Part shown: positions 1 through 49,709 of the stretch, in pieces
How the letters are laid out: each line of letters begins with the position of its first letter
Position numbering within the stretch: position 1 is the stretch's first letter
NCBI GenBank assembly: GCA_977030845.1
Contig: OZ365114.1
Span: forward strand, 22,010,001 to 22,074,000
DNA: 64,000 nt
Origin: Fimbriosthenelais zetlandica
Taxonomy: Eukaryota
Direction of reading: 5' to 3'
Position numbers and translations under genes: made by a program
The notes under the pieces: generated by a model
The model's input: the letters and a program-made list of their open reading frames with translations, nothing else
What the model was told of the DNA's origin: nothing
Databases searched by the model: none

Positions 1-150
1 CTTTATATCTGAAATACAGTAGTTGAAATTGTGTGAGAACAAAAACCTAGGCTATGTCTCTAAGGCATTTTTCAAGTTTATTACTTTAATAATATTGTTA
101 TGATGTCTGCTAAAATAGATTGACAGCTGATCAGTTACGTGAAGGTTTAC

Positions 151-36494
<36,344 letters not shown>

Positions 36495-37331
36495 TTTCTT
36501 ATTGTGCGTGTGTGTAGGAAATGACAAGCGCCATACTCTATTGAATCTTGTCTCATTTATCTATAGACCTATTAAATGCCAAAAATAGGAATTCTCCAAG
36601 AAGCAGAACCAGCAGCCTTATCAATCAGCCGAACATCGATTACTTGCAAGGCTGTTCGTCTTGGAAGGCCTCATACTTAGGCCTTGGACTTGGACATCAA
36701 GATATCTGGAAATAAATAATACTACATGTAGGCCTATGTACATATTCCTGGGGCCACATACATCCGTTACTTTCAACATTTTGACAATTTGATAATAGGC
36801 CTACTGTTGCGGAGCAATAAGACTCTGTGGCATCACCATACGGCAAAACCATACAGCATCAAGCTCTTTTAGTGCTACAGAAGACCCCCTGAAAAGCCCG
36901 TTAGTTACAGAGTAACCCATTACAATAAATTAATAAAGGTTGCCATATACCATTTCGTTTCCCTGACTCTCACGGATACGAAACTGTCTGATGCTCAACG
37001 AGAATTATAAACTGCAGGGTCAAAGATCAAAGGTCAAGGTCAGCAAAAAGGTGCATCTCCTTCCGATCGCCTCTGCTGCAGCACTATTTGTCAAAACTAC
37101 TTTCATAGAGAGTAGGTTCGTTGCGGAGCCTATCTATACGTTTCCCTTACCGATTTATAGCCAACGAACTACTAAAAACAATATTCGCTATCCATCTGTA
37201 CCGTTTTTATGTCCAGGGATTTATTATTTCATGCTCAATTTGGATGCGAAACTCGAAAAACGCATCCAGTCTTGTGTGAATGCTAGACACAGATGCTTTT
37301 TGATGACGTTCACAAAGGTCAGGTCACCGAC

Positions 37332-37346
37332 CCGGAAGTGACGTCA
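37332..37346. promoter_or_regulatory. Overlapping ETS (CCGGAAGTG) and CRE (TGACGTCA) motifs; candidate promoter between the divergent EYS and MKRN2OS genes
   Basis: ccggaagtgacgtca at 37332-37346, about 0.85 kb upstream of the EYS ATG. Motif match only. Confidence 0.4.
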
Positions 37347-40300
37347 GAGTAACTTTGTTACTGCATGCTCTTCAGACCTAGAAAGATAAAAGGAGTTCCA
37401 CTCCTATGTTTTATATTAATACTAAGGGTAGGCTAGAGGCGATTAAACCCTGTTCTGGTCAATAGGCATAGCTAGAGTGTGGGATCTTCTATATTTGGGT
37501 GAGAAAAATACCATTTAGAAGCCGAATATTTGGGACACAACATTGTAATGCAACATTTCCTCAGGACCTGCGGTAGCCAGATCCTGTCAGACACTTCGAT
37601 TAGATTCGCTCTAGACATTACATTTGTTAGGTAAACATGTGTGAATCCATCCTGCAAGTTTACTTAGGTTACCAACGGTTCTCAAATTGCTCGATAAATG
37701 CAGGGCATTGTTTATCTTTAAAAATCAACCATCCAAACAACATTGATCCCTGGTCATCATTAGCTTGCGTTGGGATGGAACAGGTAATGTTCTGATTATA
37801 ACAAAATAGGACGTTGAGTTGAGGATACCGAAATTGAAGCTAGTTTGGCCAATGGGTTCTGAGCCAAATTGCTCTAATCTCAAACTGATTGAATGATTGG
37901 AGGCGTTTAAATGGTCCGTTTCTTTGGAAACAGAAAACACACCCTGATCAGTAATTGAGCACCAACTCATCTAGAAGTAACTATTCAACTAACTTCTTGA
38001 AGTTTTGGGAGGGAGAGTGACTGACGGGCTTATAACCACGTTGAATAACATCCATTAATTAATCGGCCATGTAAATATCACCAATGCTATTATGTTTTAA
38101 ATAGGAAATCGTGAACAACGACAAACATACAATTGGTATAATGCTAATGCTATTCTGCAATGGACTGTAATAGTTATGGTTACTGCACCATTTCACACCA
38201 TTCAATCAATACATGCGGAATAATTACAGTGAATTAACGATGAATGAACTTTCTTATGTAATTCATAGCTTTTGTAGTAAATACATGACTCACTGCTCAA
38301 TGTATGAGGCCAGCTACACATGAGTAGCCCTTGAGCACGTGCCAGATGTGAGGAGTTGGCCTACTTTTTGGTGGTCACGCATGATAAACCTAACTCAGGG
38401 GTCAATTAATCAACAGGGATGTTTATTAAGCCAACTCATCAATATAGGGCAGCATCGATAATAATTCATGGCCGTGGCTATACCTGGATGCTGGATCAAT
38501 GCATGGTGCTCTTGCAGCTATCATGGCCAATCAACTTATGAAAAGAAAATGAATGCTGAAAAGATGTGATAATAAAAAATTGATTGATATGAATGTATAA
38601 ATAATTCCAAATTCAACTCTATAACAAGCAATTGGATTTGCATAGGCCTAACAATGAGTATCTAGCTAATATTTGGCTCATTTCTTTGTATAATTTGATT
38701 GGAGAGGACAAGGTATAGTAAAGATACGGGAATCCTAATTCCTATTTTGATGTCGGTAAGCCTGTGTGGGAGGGAACATACATGTAGAGGCATGTAATCA
38801 CCACACGAAGATTGCCTTAATCTCACAGGTTTGTGCCAGCTGGCAAAGCTAGCCTGGTCAGCATTATACAGAGAAGAAAATACCTCTCAATATGATCATG
38901 TATTCATTACAATGGCTGCTGTGAGGGAAATACAATTGCCCCCAGTACCTAATGTTTCACGGAACTAATTGACATCTTGATGCCGAGCTAGGTTGGGATG
39001 TGAATATTTTGATGTGTTGACATTATTTTTTCTTTAGTTATATCATGTCTAACTTCAAATATTACTCACCATATTAAAATCCCATTCCAGTAACGAATAA
39101 TAGCTCACTAACCGTCTAAATAATGGTAATATCCACGATTGATTTATGCAATAGGTATATATCTTTGATTATATCCCTGGGGTTTGAACATTGTAATCCT
39201 GATATCCAATTTATACCATACCCCTCCTCTAGTCCAGATTCCCTCCCAATCACTGACGTCTAGCTCTGACAGATCTGCCGCGCCTGCGCTACATTCTACT
39301 TGCCATTGCTAGTGAAGCGTGACCAGTACCCTATTACCAGCAGCACTACACTGAAGGTGCCTCCATGGTGTTGAAAAAAGGAGTCTTTTTTTAAATTTCC
39401 ACTCAAAGGGTCTTTGAATATCCCAAGCTAGAAAAATGGATTTTAAATGGCAAATGTTCAAGGTAGATTCAGGCCCCGTGAAAGTTCTGCATGAATGGTT
39501 CCAGGTGCAAATTAAGCCAGCCATATACCTGGTGTGGATGGATTGAGAATAGACTTGACACAGGTGTTCAGTCCTCTCGTCTAGAACATTATTTCTTCCA
39601 GTTTATTGCTCAATTATTTCTAAAATGGTAAGAAGTCATAACACTCATAGATAGTCTTTATTTTCTCATTTCTTTTATGAACTACATTTTTGTTGACTCA
39701 AAGTGTTGTGAACCACTTAAATAAATATAACCTTTGATCAATATTCGCTTTGGCATTATCGGTAAGCGTCTATAAATGAAGTGATTGTAACACTACACTC
39801 CTAATTCAATCTATTGATTTATACACCTTCATAATTTTAAATAACATACGGTTTCTTAGAATTAGATAAGGGAGTACATTATCAGCTGAGAAAAGTCAAC
39901 TACCTTTTGGACATTTCAGTAAGATAAGAATCTAAATGGAATTGTCTGTGGGCTGAGGGGCAATTTGAAGTAGTCCTATATGTATAACCGCGGAATGTCG
40001 TCAAAAGATTATCAATAAAATAACATGCCGTTGTATTTCATAGGATATTTAATTAAATATTCCTGGAAAACTGGATGTAGGTGGAAAGTCTAGGTGGACT
40101 ATAAAGGTCACGTGAACAAACATGTAATGGCGGATATGACACATGGTAGTGTAGACAGGTAAAGAGGGACGCGGCCTTTACCTGGCCGTAGATCATCTCT
40201 GATCCCCGACACTTCCCTTCTCATACTATCTCCTACATCCATTCCATGCAAAGACAACAGAGGATTTTCGGGATATAACAAGTATTCAAAGGTTCACCAA

Positions 40301-42023
40301 TGCAAAAGGTAGGACATGTATACATATTCATGATTTAGTTGCCAGTGTTATACCTTGGTTTATAACATTACTATCTTGTGGGTGGAAACTGGATGTCTCG
40401 CTGAGTAACAGCTCGGCTGTATTGTATTTAGCTTTAGGCATACATGGACGATTTCATTATCCAAGTCCTTGAGAAAAATATGCATTAATGTTGTATAGTA
40501 GTTGAATTAACATAAAGAATTCTTTGACAATTGTGAAATAGACTAAGTATAATTTAAGTATTATAAATTATGATTAAAGAAACCAAATTCCAAGGAATAA
40601 TTTGAGGGGATGGGAGGGTGGATAGTTTTAAGAGCTATATGCTACCAAAATCTGGAAAGATATAAATGGAAAGCTTTTTAGATTATAAATATAGTTTATG
40701 TTGCTCTTTGAATCCAACATGAGATCCAGCAAAACATTATAACAGGTTGGTAGATTACAGAAATACATTGTAAAAGAAAAACACTTGTATTGTTTCATTT
40801 CGTTGTTCCTGGTGAGCATATTATATGAGAGTTCGCCCATTTCCATTTCAAGTGGAGCAATATGTTGCCTTTCAAATGGCAATTTCCAATTCAAAGTGTT
40901 TGCCTACCCTGTCCTAGCTCTATATGGGTCACTATTTAGATATCCTGGTTGACATTTTCAATGGCGATCCAGGTTTTTTAAAGTAAAAGTTATTACCATT
41001 TTTCTCTTCTAATAATAGTAATAATGACTTTCAAATTCCCCATTATCTCATTTGTATTAGAAGTACATCTATTCATTATCTAAACTGAGATAAGTATTCT
41101 GTCGTAAATTATCTTTTCTTTGTTTAAAATCTTGTTTTATGTATTTTGGACTTGGATATGGCAGATTATATTCAATCTGTATGATAATCCACAGCTCATA
41201 TAGATAAAATAAGATTGGTTTATGATTCAGACGTTAGATATACGAACCTTTAATAATAATAATAAAGCTATTCAGTACATTTAGCGTATGATATCCTTCT
41301 TAAGATGTACTGTTTACAAGAATGTCACCAAAGCCAGATTATCATCTACGTGTACCTATATTGACACTGAGGATAGGTCCAGCATTGATCGAAGAATTGT
41401 AAAGACTCAAAGCTGTTTATGAAAATGATTACTTCAGACTATAAACTCATGATCAATAGGTTTCCCAATATTTTAACCTCGGTTGGTGATCTATCATTTC
41501 CGATTTAATCTTATAATATTGTTGATAAAGGCCTTATAGATTTATCATCAAAATCTGTATGAACACAAAGTAATTTTATAAAAGAGATTACGTTAAGATC
41601 AGTCATCCTATATCAAATATATAATTATACTCTTCATGTTTCATCCTGACAAATACATTAAACCAGACATGTGTCCACACAGAAAGTTTATGTTTCCTGA
41701 CTCCTGCCTAGAACCTAGTTAATATAGGAGTAAATGTGTCTGTCCACACTTACTTCCTGCCCTGTCAGAAGGGAATTGGTCGTCTGATGACATTGAAGCT
41801 AAGTAAATATAAAGGAAATATTTTATGAAGGATTTCTCATATTTTGCATACATGCACGATGAAAAGGTCATAAGCAACATCTTGAGTTGTACAAGTATCC
41901 AACCGATGAACATTTTGATTCCTTGTTCTGAATATTTTACTAACATCTGGTTTACTTTTTTCCAGGCAAAAAGATTCAGCTGCTGATCGCTGTTAGGTGA
42001 ACAAGAAGAGTCGAGTAGGTGAG

Positions 42024-43605
42024 ATGGAGATGGAGGACGCGGACCCTATACTCCTATTTCAGCACTGTCAGAAGGGTGTGAACATCGTTTACCTTGAACA
42101 GCCGACAGAATGTCCACTCTGTGATAGGAACACTGATATTACACCCTCGGAAATCCCACCCTTCAGACTGCCCAGTCCGTTCATTGCAGCTGAAGAAGCT
42201 CCTTTCTCTGTGGTAGTCCATCCCACGATTGGCACCTTTTTAAGGTTAGTATTTTGAATATGACTACAAATTACAAAATTGTACTAACAGAAGTGTCTAG
42301 AAATGAGAATCTTGACTGGATTCTTAATATATATGTTCTTTCTTTCAGAGATTATGCAAATGACGCGGACCTCCATGTAGGAATTACAGATTCTAAAGGT
42401 ATTCTAGATTGATTAATATGAGATTTATAGTGTTGACTTGGTGAGCATTTTATATCAAGATGTATAATCAAGAGCATCAAGTGGTTTTTGTCAAAGTTTA
42501 TTGCTCCGTCTTGACTGTCGTGATTAATGGCCTTCTGAGTATAGGTTCTGTGACTAATGTTAGAGCATATATCACTTGTCACTTATAACATTTTAATCGT
42601 CAGCAACATATGGCTACAGTATTACGGATCAGGCATTATATCAAAATTGATGTGACATTCATCTACGTCTGTTTCAACAGTTACAGGTTTTCCCTCTGAA
42701 ACAGTGTTTCTATAAGGACCGTGAATAGTATAGTATTTATGAACGATTTTCAAAAATAATATCCTCCGGAAGAATCAGTCAATTAACCTCGACATGAAAA
42801 AATACACTTTTGGATGAACTCCCTAATTAATAGCAACCTCCATATTTTAACCATTGCCCCCAGGCTGATTCCACATTCATGTGCCACGTTCCAAACAACA
42901 CTATAACCTTTTATTATAGTCATAAAATGCTGCACCGTTTCCTGGATAATTAATTTCGAGGATATCTGAATCACTCAGTGGAAGAAATTTTGCCCAGTTA
43001 TCTGGAATTTGAGGTATCATTCTGTAACTTTTCATTCATCACATATTTCCACATACTTTTACAGGTACAGTGTATGAATACGACTCCTCAGGCGTTCATG
43101 TTTCTTCACAAGGATGGTCACAATGTCTCGCTATTCCAATGATAGATAAATACGACTCAAGATGGAGCCATGACTGGGATGATAGACTCAAACAGTTCAG
43201 CCTCCTCCCAACCTGGGCAGCTTCAAGGTACACTTTTCCTCAAAAACTCCGTTGAATTTAATACTAATATTTCAAAATACAAAAGTTCTTAAAGTTAATG
43301 GATGGTTCTTTATTACTTTCAGATATTCAGATAGGAATCACCACTGTTATGACTTCGTCCTGGGGTTCCTCATCAGTATAGGTATTGAGGAGACCCTTCC
43401 CTGCGTTCAAGACAGCACCAAGTTTTGTGTAGAGCTGGTGGTGCCAAAAACCACTCAGGCTGCCAAGTACATAGGGCTTTATCGGCGTCTGCAAAGAGAG
43501 GGTGTGATTATACAAAATAAACCTCCCGACGATGGCAATAATAAGAACTTTCCCCTGGGAATGACAAGACCAAGTGGCTACAATGAGTACAGCACACAAT
43601 TATAG
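42024..43605 (+). CDS. MKRN2OS: MKRN2 opposite strand protein homolog (DUF4796 family), 4 exons, 238 aa
   Basis: Exons 42024-42244, 42349-42398, 43065-43227 and 43323-43605 have consistent phases. Motifs ILLFQHC...CPLC...RLPSPF...GTFLRDY...DLHVGITDSKGTVYEYD...W.QCLAIP...WD..L...Y...NHHCYDFVLGFL match the family as I recall it. An acceptor upstream of the ATG (ending ~41966) indicates a 5' UTR exon. Confidence 0.85.
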
Positions 43606-45235
43606 CTCCTGGCAGACAGCTGCTCTTCTTCATGAGAAATACCATGTTATTGTATGTCATTAGGTTTATGTGTCCGATTCATTCACTTGTGAGTGAGTTG
43701 GGGAAGGAATACGATGCTACACAAAAGTAGAACATTTTACTTATATATATTTTCTTATGGTTGTTGAAACTTTTATCTATTTTCTTATGGTTACAAGTTC
43801 TCTTTGTTGTGTTTATTGCCAAGCTCTTGCCTTGTTTACTTGTCATATGAATTGATTTAGTCAAATGAAATTTTCAAGATAACTGGATGACTGGGAAATG
43901 AAAGTAATTCAGTTGACGTTATAATAGGAAACACAGAATACTGGGTGCTAGATGAAGTAAAATTACTTGTGAACGATCACATAGTAGATTATATTTTCAA
44001 GTTCTTCTTTCGTAGATAATATAATAATATCATTCTTGTCTATTAAGATAATAAAACACATGAAATGTATTACATTTTTGTGTGTCTTTATTATGCAAAA
44101 TCATTGACTTCATTTTCATTGTATGATTGTACAATTGATATTCGCTATTGCTGGAACAAACTTGTACAGATGATATTTTTCCATCAGATCATTTTCTCTA
44201 CACGGTACTGTACATCTATATATATGTCTTAAACGATAAGGAATTCTATAAACATATTTCGTGTACTATAATTTGGACAGGGCAATGGAAGCGCAACACA
44301 ATACACAGACACAAAACAGTCTGCCTTCAACTATACTAGTCACAACTAATTGGCCAGATTTGGATGGAAGATTACAATGCAATGCTCTTGTGAAGTAATC
44401 TATATGTAAAGCAGACAAATATTTTTGTATGGAACTTCAACCATTATCCCAGATCACAAGGGTTCAAAATGATACTGATACGCTCTACATTGGGATTATA
44501 AAGAAAATGTACAACTTTACAATACATTTACAAACCTTACTGTCCGAAGAGCACCACAGTCATTACTATAGCACCCCTAATTAATTGATTACATGTATTT
44601 ATAACCATTTTATGTCCCTAAAAAGTCTAAGAAATAGCAACTAGAACAGGTTTCAAAGATTACTAACAATTAGGAAATATCCTAACTTAATTCAAACCTT
44701 ATTCTGTATTACAACCCCTAAAATATATTATGTGAACTTAAAAAGAAATTCACTAATCAAAAAGTAGCTTAAAAAGATATTCAAAAATGAAATGCCTTTT
44801 TAATACCAACAATAAAGCCACAGTGTCTAAAGTGAGATAACGTTTTCTTTGAGAGGTAAAGTCATGTGAGATTGAGACCTCGTTTGTTGACGAGATATAA
44901 GTGTTCTTCCTCTCTTGAAACTACTCCTTTCATGTTTGAACATGTCTTATCAAATATCAAGTATCTTAAGTAAGACATACGTAAGGCAACATGGCAAGAA
45001 CTAAAAAGGATTGTATGCCATTATATGTAAATGTATGGAGTTATTTTATAAAACCACATTTCTGTTTTTACTCCCTTTATAGGGCACTTGTACGTTACTT
45101 CACATAAGTATCAGAATCACTAAAATGGAATCTATGCAACAAAACACTTGGTTCTAAATTGGTCAAACCAATACAATAATTTCGTGTGCATGTATCAGTC
45201 ACGGACTAGTTTGCACTATAGGAGACCAGGGGTCT

Positions 45236-45290
45236 GTTTCAAAAGGAATATTAGCAATGCTAATTCAATGGCTAATATTCCTTTTGAAAC
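45236..45290. repeat. Perfect 20-bp inverted repeat with a 15-nt loop
   Basis: gtttcaaaaggaatattagc (45236-45255) and gctaatattccttttgaaac (45271-45290). Confidence 0.95.
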
Positions 45291-45837
45291 CTAATAGACT
45301 ACATGTAATAGCAATAATACTACTAATGGAAAAGAGATCATCAACGGTAAAGCTACTGGATCTATCTGCACTGACCCCCTGTGAATGCTAATCAATTTTG
45401 GTTTAATAATGTAAAAATATGAGACTAGAAACTTTTTACAAGTACCTTTCTGTAAGTAAATATCTAAGTTCAGGCATGTTATGTCAAGAATTAGTCACTC
45501 ATGCCTTTGATTCAAATACAAAGTTATAACTGGCGAAAAAATGCCTCTTCATACTTTCTAATACAAATATAATTCGTTGCTATCAAGTTCAATATTCTAT
45601 CTAAAGAACAGATATGTACAAATATTATCTCCTTCATCAAGTTGTCAGGGGATTATTGCTGGGGGTGGGTGAATAGTCAATTACATGAATGGCTATTATT
45701 CATTTGGGAATACGGTAACATTGTCATATGACTATTTCAATCAACGTCACTAGATACAAAAATTATCCAATTTCATCACCTTCAGTATTATATCATATAT
45801 AGAAATCGCTTCACAGGTTTGGTGGGAATTTGATTCT

Positions 45838-46278
45838 TTAAGTCCTCGTTTCATTTGGAGCTGCAGGTGATGCTGCCTGAGGGTGGAAGGAAGCTACCTC
45901 CTCGTTGGCGATCCGGTAGACACCCACCAGCTGTACGGTACTGGAGGAGGCCATGGATGGAGCTTCATCCAGGTATGGTTTAGATGGTTTACGGCTCCTA
46001 AGCCTGCAATAATGCAGTGAACAATAGATGAGCCCACCACCAGCAAGCACCGTACCCAGAGCGATGAAAATCACATCAGCTTTTATAAGTCCCTTCCTCC
46101 ACGTATCATGGTCATTTGTGAAGAACATGATGATGCCAACCAGGAGGCACATGATGCCTGGTAGGAACATCATGAAGGTGCCTTGAGGCACGTTATAAAG
46201 GCACTGACCACAGCAGTTCCGGGACTCAATCTCCTGCTCCCCGGGTTTCACCGGCTTCTCGGGTTGAGTGATCTTCAT
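45838..46278 (-). CDS. Small two-pass membrane protein of unknown function (146 aa), single coding exon
   Basis: Two hydrophobic helices (GTFMMFLPGIMCLLVGIIMFFT; VIFIALGTVLAGGGLIYCSL). Juxtamembrane Cys (NCCGQC, YCSLHYC) and basic RLRSRK follow TM2; no signal peptide. Confidence 0.75.
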   Translation of the reverse strand: MKITQPEKPVKPGEQEIESRNCCGQCLYNVPQGTFMMFLPGIMCLLVGIIMFFTNDHDTWRKGLIKADVIFIALGTVLAGGGLIYCSLHYCRLRSRKPSKPYLDEAPSMASSSTVQLVGVYRIANEEVASFHPQAASPAAPNETRT

Positions 46279-47918
46279 TTTGCCGATAATGGTTTAAGTG
46301 TTTAATTATAGTGTTTAAGAGTATGTAAAATATTCGAGATTCAAGAGATTGAGATTGAATTTTTTCAGGAGCAGATTCTCCCCGGGGTCAGTGTCTCTTC
46401 AAATCTGTGGCTGTTGCCATGACATTTGGCACTTGCAGAATGTTCTCAGATCTAAGTATGGTATGAGTATGGTATATTTTAAGTCATTGCAACAGTCCGT
46501 ACAGATTGGGTGCCGATTCCCGAGAATATCGCAGGTCCCGACTATATCGCGGGTCTTTGTTCAAATTTCGCATAACAAAACCTGAAAATATAAAACATTA
46601 CTGTATTAAGTATTCATATACAACAATGTAAGGCCTACCGTGACTTTCTTAAATTGTACGAGACATATTACTGCCATCACTCTATTTTCTGACTGTGCAG
46701 TACCGGAATTCCTAGAGGTCCTGTCCTATTTTGTTCCAACACACAGGTTATATTACCAGGATATTATGGTATGACAACATTATAATGTACACATTAGAGA
46801 TATTGACTGTCAGATTATCAAACAGGCCCCTGTGGTTAATGCGGGTGTTTGTGTCCCTGCTTTTGTAGTATCCATAGGGGTATACATTAGCTTAGAGTAA
46901 AATTTACTCAAAGCCATTAGCAAACTTTGTAGGAAAATATAATGTACATGTCCAAATGATCAAATAGTTGTTGTGTTTCTATTATTACCTCTAGTGTCAT
47001 CATGTGTCCATTCCAACAACAGGTAGAACACTAAGCCAACAAGCATCATCATCATGCATGAAGCCTCTACTCTAGGAGCATATGGTACTACGGTAGGCAT
47101 GCCTACCAACTGAACATAGTTGGATGGAGGATGGAGGTCAGCGGCATGATGTATACCGTTTATACCCCATCCTCCCCTTAAGCTTACAGTGTTGAACCGT
47201 ATAATAGGCCTATAGCGTAGGCTATGCATATATCAGACAAGGGGATCTTCTTCAAATTAAGATAGATATCTGTTTTATAACACAAGGGTTAAGTTCTATG
47301 TGTAAACAAGGGAAACCATGATGGTGTGAACCTCACCTCCATCATCGTCAATAAGGAAGCGTCTACAGACTACTATCAAACAAATCTCTATACATAGTAG
47401 GAAGCCTTTAGTAGGTAGACGACCATAGCATCTCTATATATAGGGAGATCACAAAAATTGCCCTAGTTATTGCTTACCTCAGGTTAAACACGGGATAAGA
47501 GACCATTATTGACAGCATACCTCCTCCCCCTTAAGTCCTGACACTTCCTGTATGCATAGGCCTAGGTAGATACAAACAGAGAGAGGTTAATGATGTGTTA
47601 CTAGGTGGCGCTAGGGTAGGGTGGTTTCAGCATGCCATCTCGTGCTATATGACTACATCAATTGCTATGGTAACTCACTCCACGCATCTACCATCGGGTA
47701 TATAATAGGGTATAGATTCCCTATGGTAGACGCGTCTGATAGCCTATAGATTCCCTATGGTAGACGTGTTGGGGGATGGGGGCTGAATAAAATTAACACC
47801 CCTTCACAGGGAATAAAACTTCTCAGGTTCAAGTCACCAGACGGAAGTCTGGTCCTGTGAACTGGCCCCTCTACATTCCAGTTGCTTCCGAAGCCCCTGA
47901 GCTAAAAGTAATTTAAAT

Positions 47919-47985
47919 GCGGGGAATTGAACCCCGGTCTCTGGCGCTCGAGTTCAATGGCTTACCTCTAGACTACCTGGAACAC
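47919..47985 (-). mobile_element. tRNA-like head (SINE or tRNA pseudogene)
   Basis: The minus strand reads GGTAGTCTAGAGGTAAGCCATTGAACTCGAGCGCCAGAGACCGGGGTTCAATTCCCCGC, with an A-box-like TAGTCTAGAGG and B-box GGTTCAATTCC. I could not form a convincing acceptor stem. Confidence 0.65.
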
Positions 47986-48063
47986 GGGTCAGTACTATAC
48001 ACGCCGTCAAATTTAGCCTGAACTGCCCATGACAAGGCTAAAGCACAATTTTTATAATTATTT

Positions 48064-48403
48064 TGCCCCCGGACCCCTCCCTGGCCCCCAACGTCCCCGA
48101 TGCCTATCTCCAGCACCCCCAACAACTCCCTTCAAAACCCCATCCAGATTTGAAACGGCGAATATGTCGAAATCCCTTGGAATAGCCCATTGTGAAGGTA
48201 CTGCCCATAGGCTCCAATGTTAAAAATTATTTAGCCCCCCGGACCCCTCCCCCGGCTCCCAAACTCCACCCCTATCCCCATGTCTAGCCCCGGCAGCCAT
48301 CTCAATCACCTCTCAAAATTTCAGCCCGATTCGACGGTTCTATCTTGCCTAAATCAATCGGATTCTGCAAAAGTGTCCCGTCCATAGGCTCAATGTTAAA
48401 AAT
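48064..48403. repeat. Two diverged ~175-bp tandem copies, C-rich
   Basis: gcccccggacccctccc at ~48064 and ~48235; ccataggctc(c)aatgttaaaaat at ~48205 and ~48382. Confidence 0.7.
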
Positions 48404-48609
48404 CACTCACGATTACATGGATGTGTGCGACTGAGCCGGTTGGCCGGTCCACTCCAATCGGCTTTTTGTCTACCTAATACATATTATTTTCACTCAAGTC
48501 CACGGTTATGCATAACATATGACCTCTACTGATGAACTCCAAAAGATCGGAGAGGAAAAAGGAGGAAAACCCCGATTTCTGCGAAGTTGACAATTCGGCC
48601 GTGTGTATA

Positions 48610-49565
48610 CCGGCCTATAATTTGGCCTTTTAAAAACCTTAACAGCGCCCTCTCACTAAAAGTCGAAAAAGTTGAATAACTCCGTAAATAATGGGTCTAA
48701 AATTACAATTCAAACGGATTATTCTTAGTTGGAAGCACCTCCAGGTATCTATGAGATTTTTGTGCAACTAAAATTAATTTAAAATTTCGATTTTTCAAAA
48801 TGTTCTCAATTTCAGGTCTTAGCATTGGATTCTATGGAGGGAGCATGCCAGCGCGACTGTGGCGACCCCAGTATTTGCAGCGGCAAAAAGGTGAACTAGC
48901 TTCTATGATCAAGCTAGCCGATTCTGTATGACAAACCAGGCCTCGCCTCACTGGGAAAGATACTCCCGCCGCCTATGATCTAGCCAACGCTGAGCGGGTG
49001 ATGGAGGGAGGGGATATGCCAGTCAAAATTTGTACTCTTTTGGGGTTGCAACTCAAACGAAAATAAGCCCAAATCAACCCGTATAAAATGCGTAGGATTT
49101 TACCAATGTACTTTTACCCCACCCCACTCTTATCAAGGAGTAACTTTTTCCGCCTCGTCCTCCCAGGGGAAAAGCCTCACAGGGGCAAATACTACGTCTC
49201 GCTTGATCATAGTAGCATGGTTCAAGTCTCTCCCGGCTGGAAGGCGAGGCTTGTCATTCGGGCTATGCGCATAGTAGGCTAGTTCACGTTTTCGCCCCTA
49301 GGGCATCTCGGGTCGATGGACTTGGGATTGGAAACAGGGTCTGAATTGAAAATTGGGTCACTTTTGGAAATCTCATGTTTTAAATCAAGTTTATTAATTC
49401 AAAAAGTATGTCCTAACCTAGTTCGGGTCTCAACTAAGATTATTCATAAAAGATCGTAATTTTAGGCCCAGTAGTTTTCGAGAAATTAAAGAAATAAAAA
49501 AATCGTCATTTTTATGAACTACTTACGAACGCTCGAGGCGCGCATAATTAAAGGCCACTAGAGGA
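48610..49565. mobile_element. Degenerate ~950-bp palindrome (foldback/MITE-like non-autonomous DNA element)
   Basis: Several arm pairs are symmetric about ~49085: 48692-48731 with 49431-49470; 48791-48818 with ~49340-49371; 48891-48914 with 49270-49287; 48939-48957 with 49231-49251. Confidence 0.7.
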
Positions 49566-49709
49566 ACTAAGACCCATTCAGTTGACGTTGGCCTCTTAGT
49601 TTCGTATATAGCCAGTTAAACATTTCCCAGCTTCATTTATATTATACATGTACTCCTAATTTAAATAGACGCGCGGGAGTAACCGGCTAGTTTATTCGTA
49701 TAGGCGTTT

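Noticed and set aside
38691-38701. Photoreceptor RCSI/P3-like motif TAATTTGATTG upstream of EYS
   Set aside because: Roughly one such match is expected by chance in this AT-rich intergenic stretch.
36991-41946. Short ORFs between EYS and MKRN2OS
   Set aside because: They are under 120 aa with no domain motifs or consistent splice chain, so are consistent with random ORFs.
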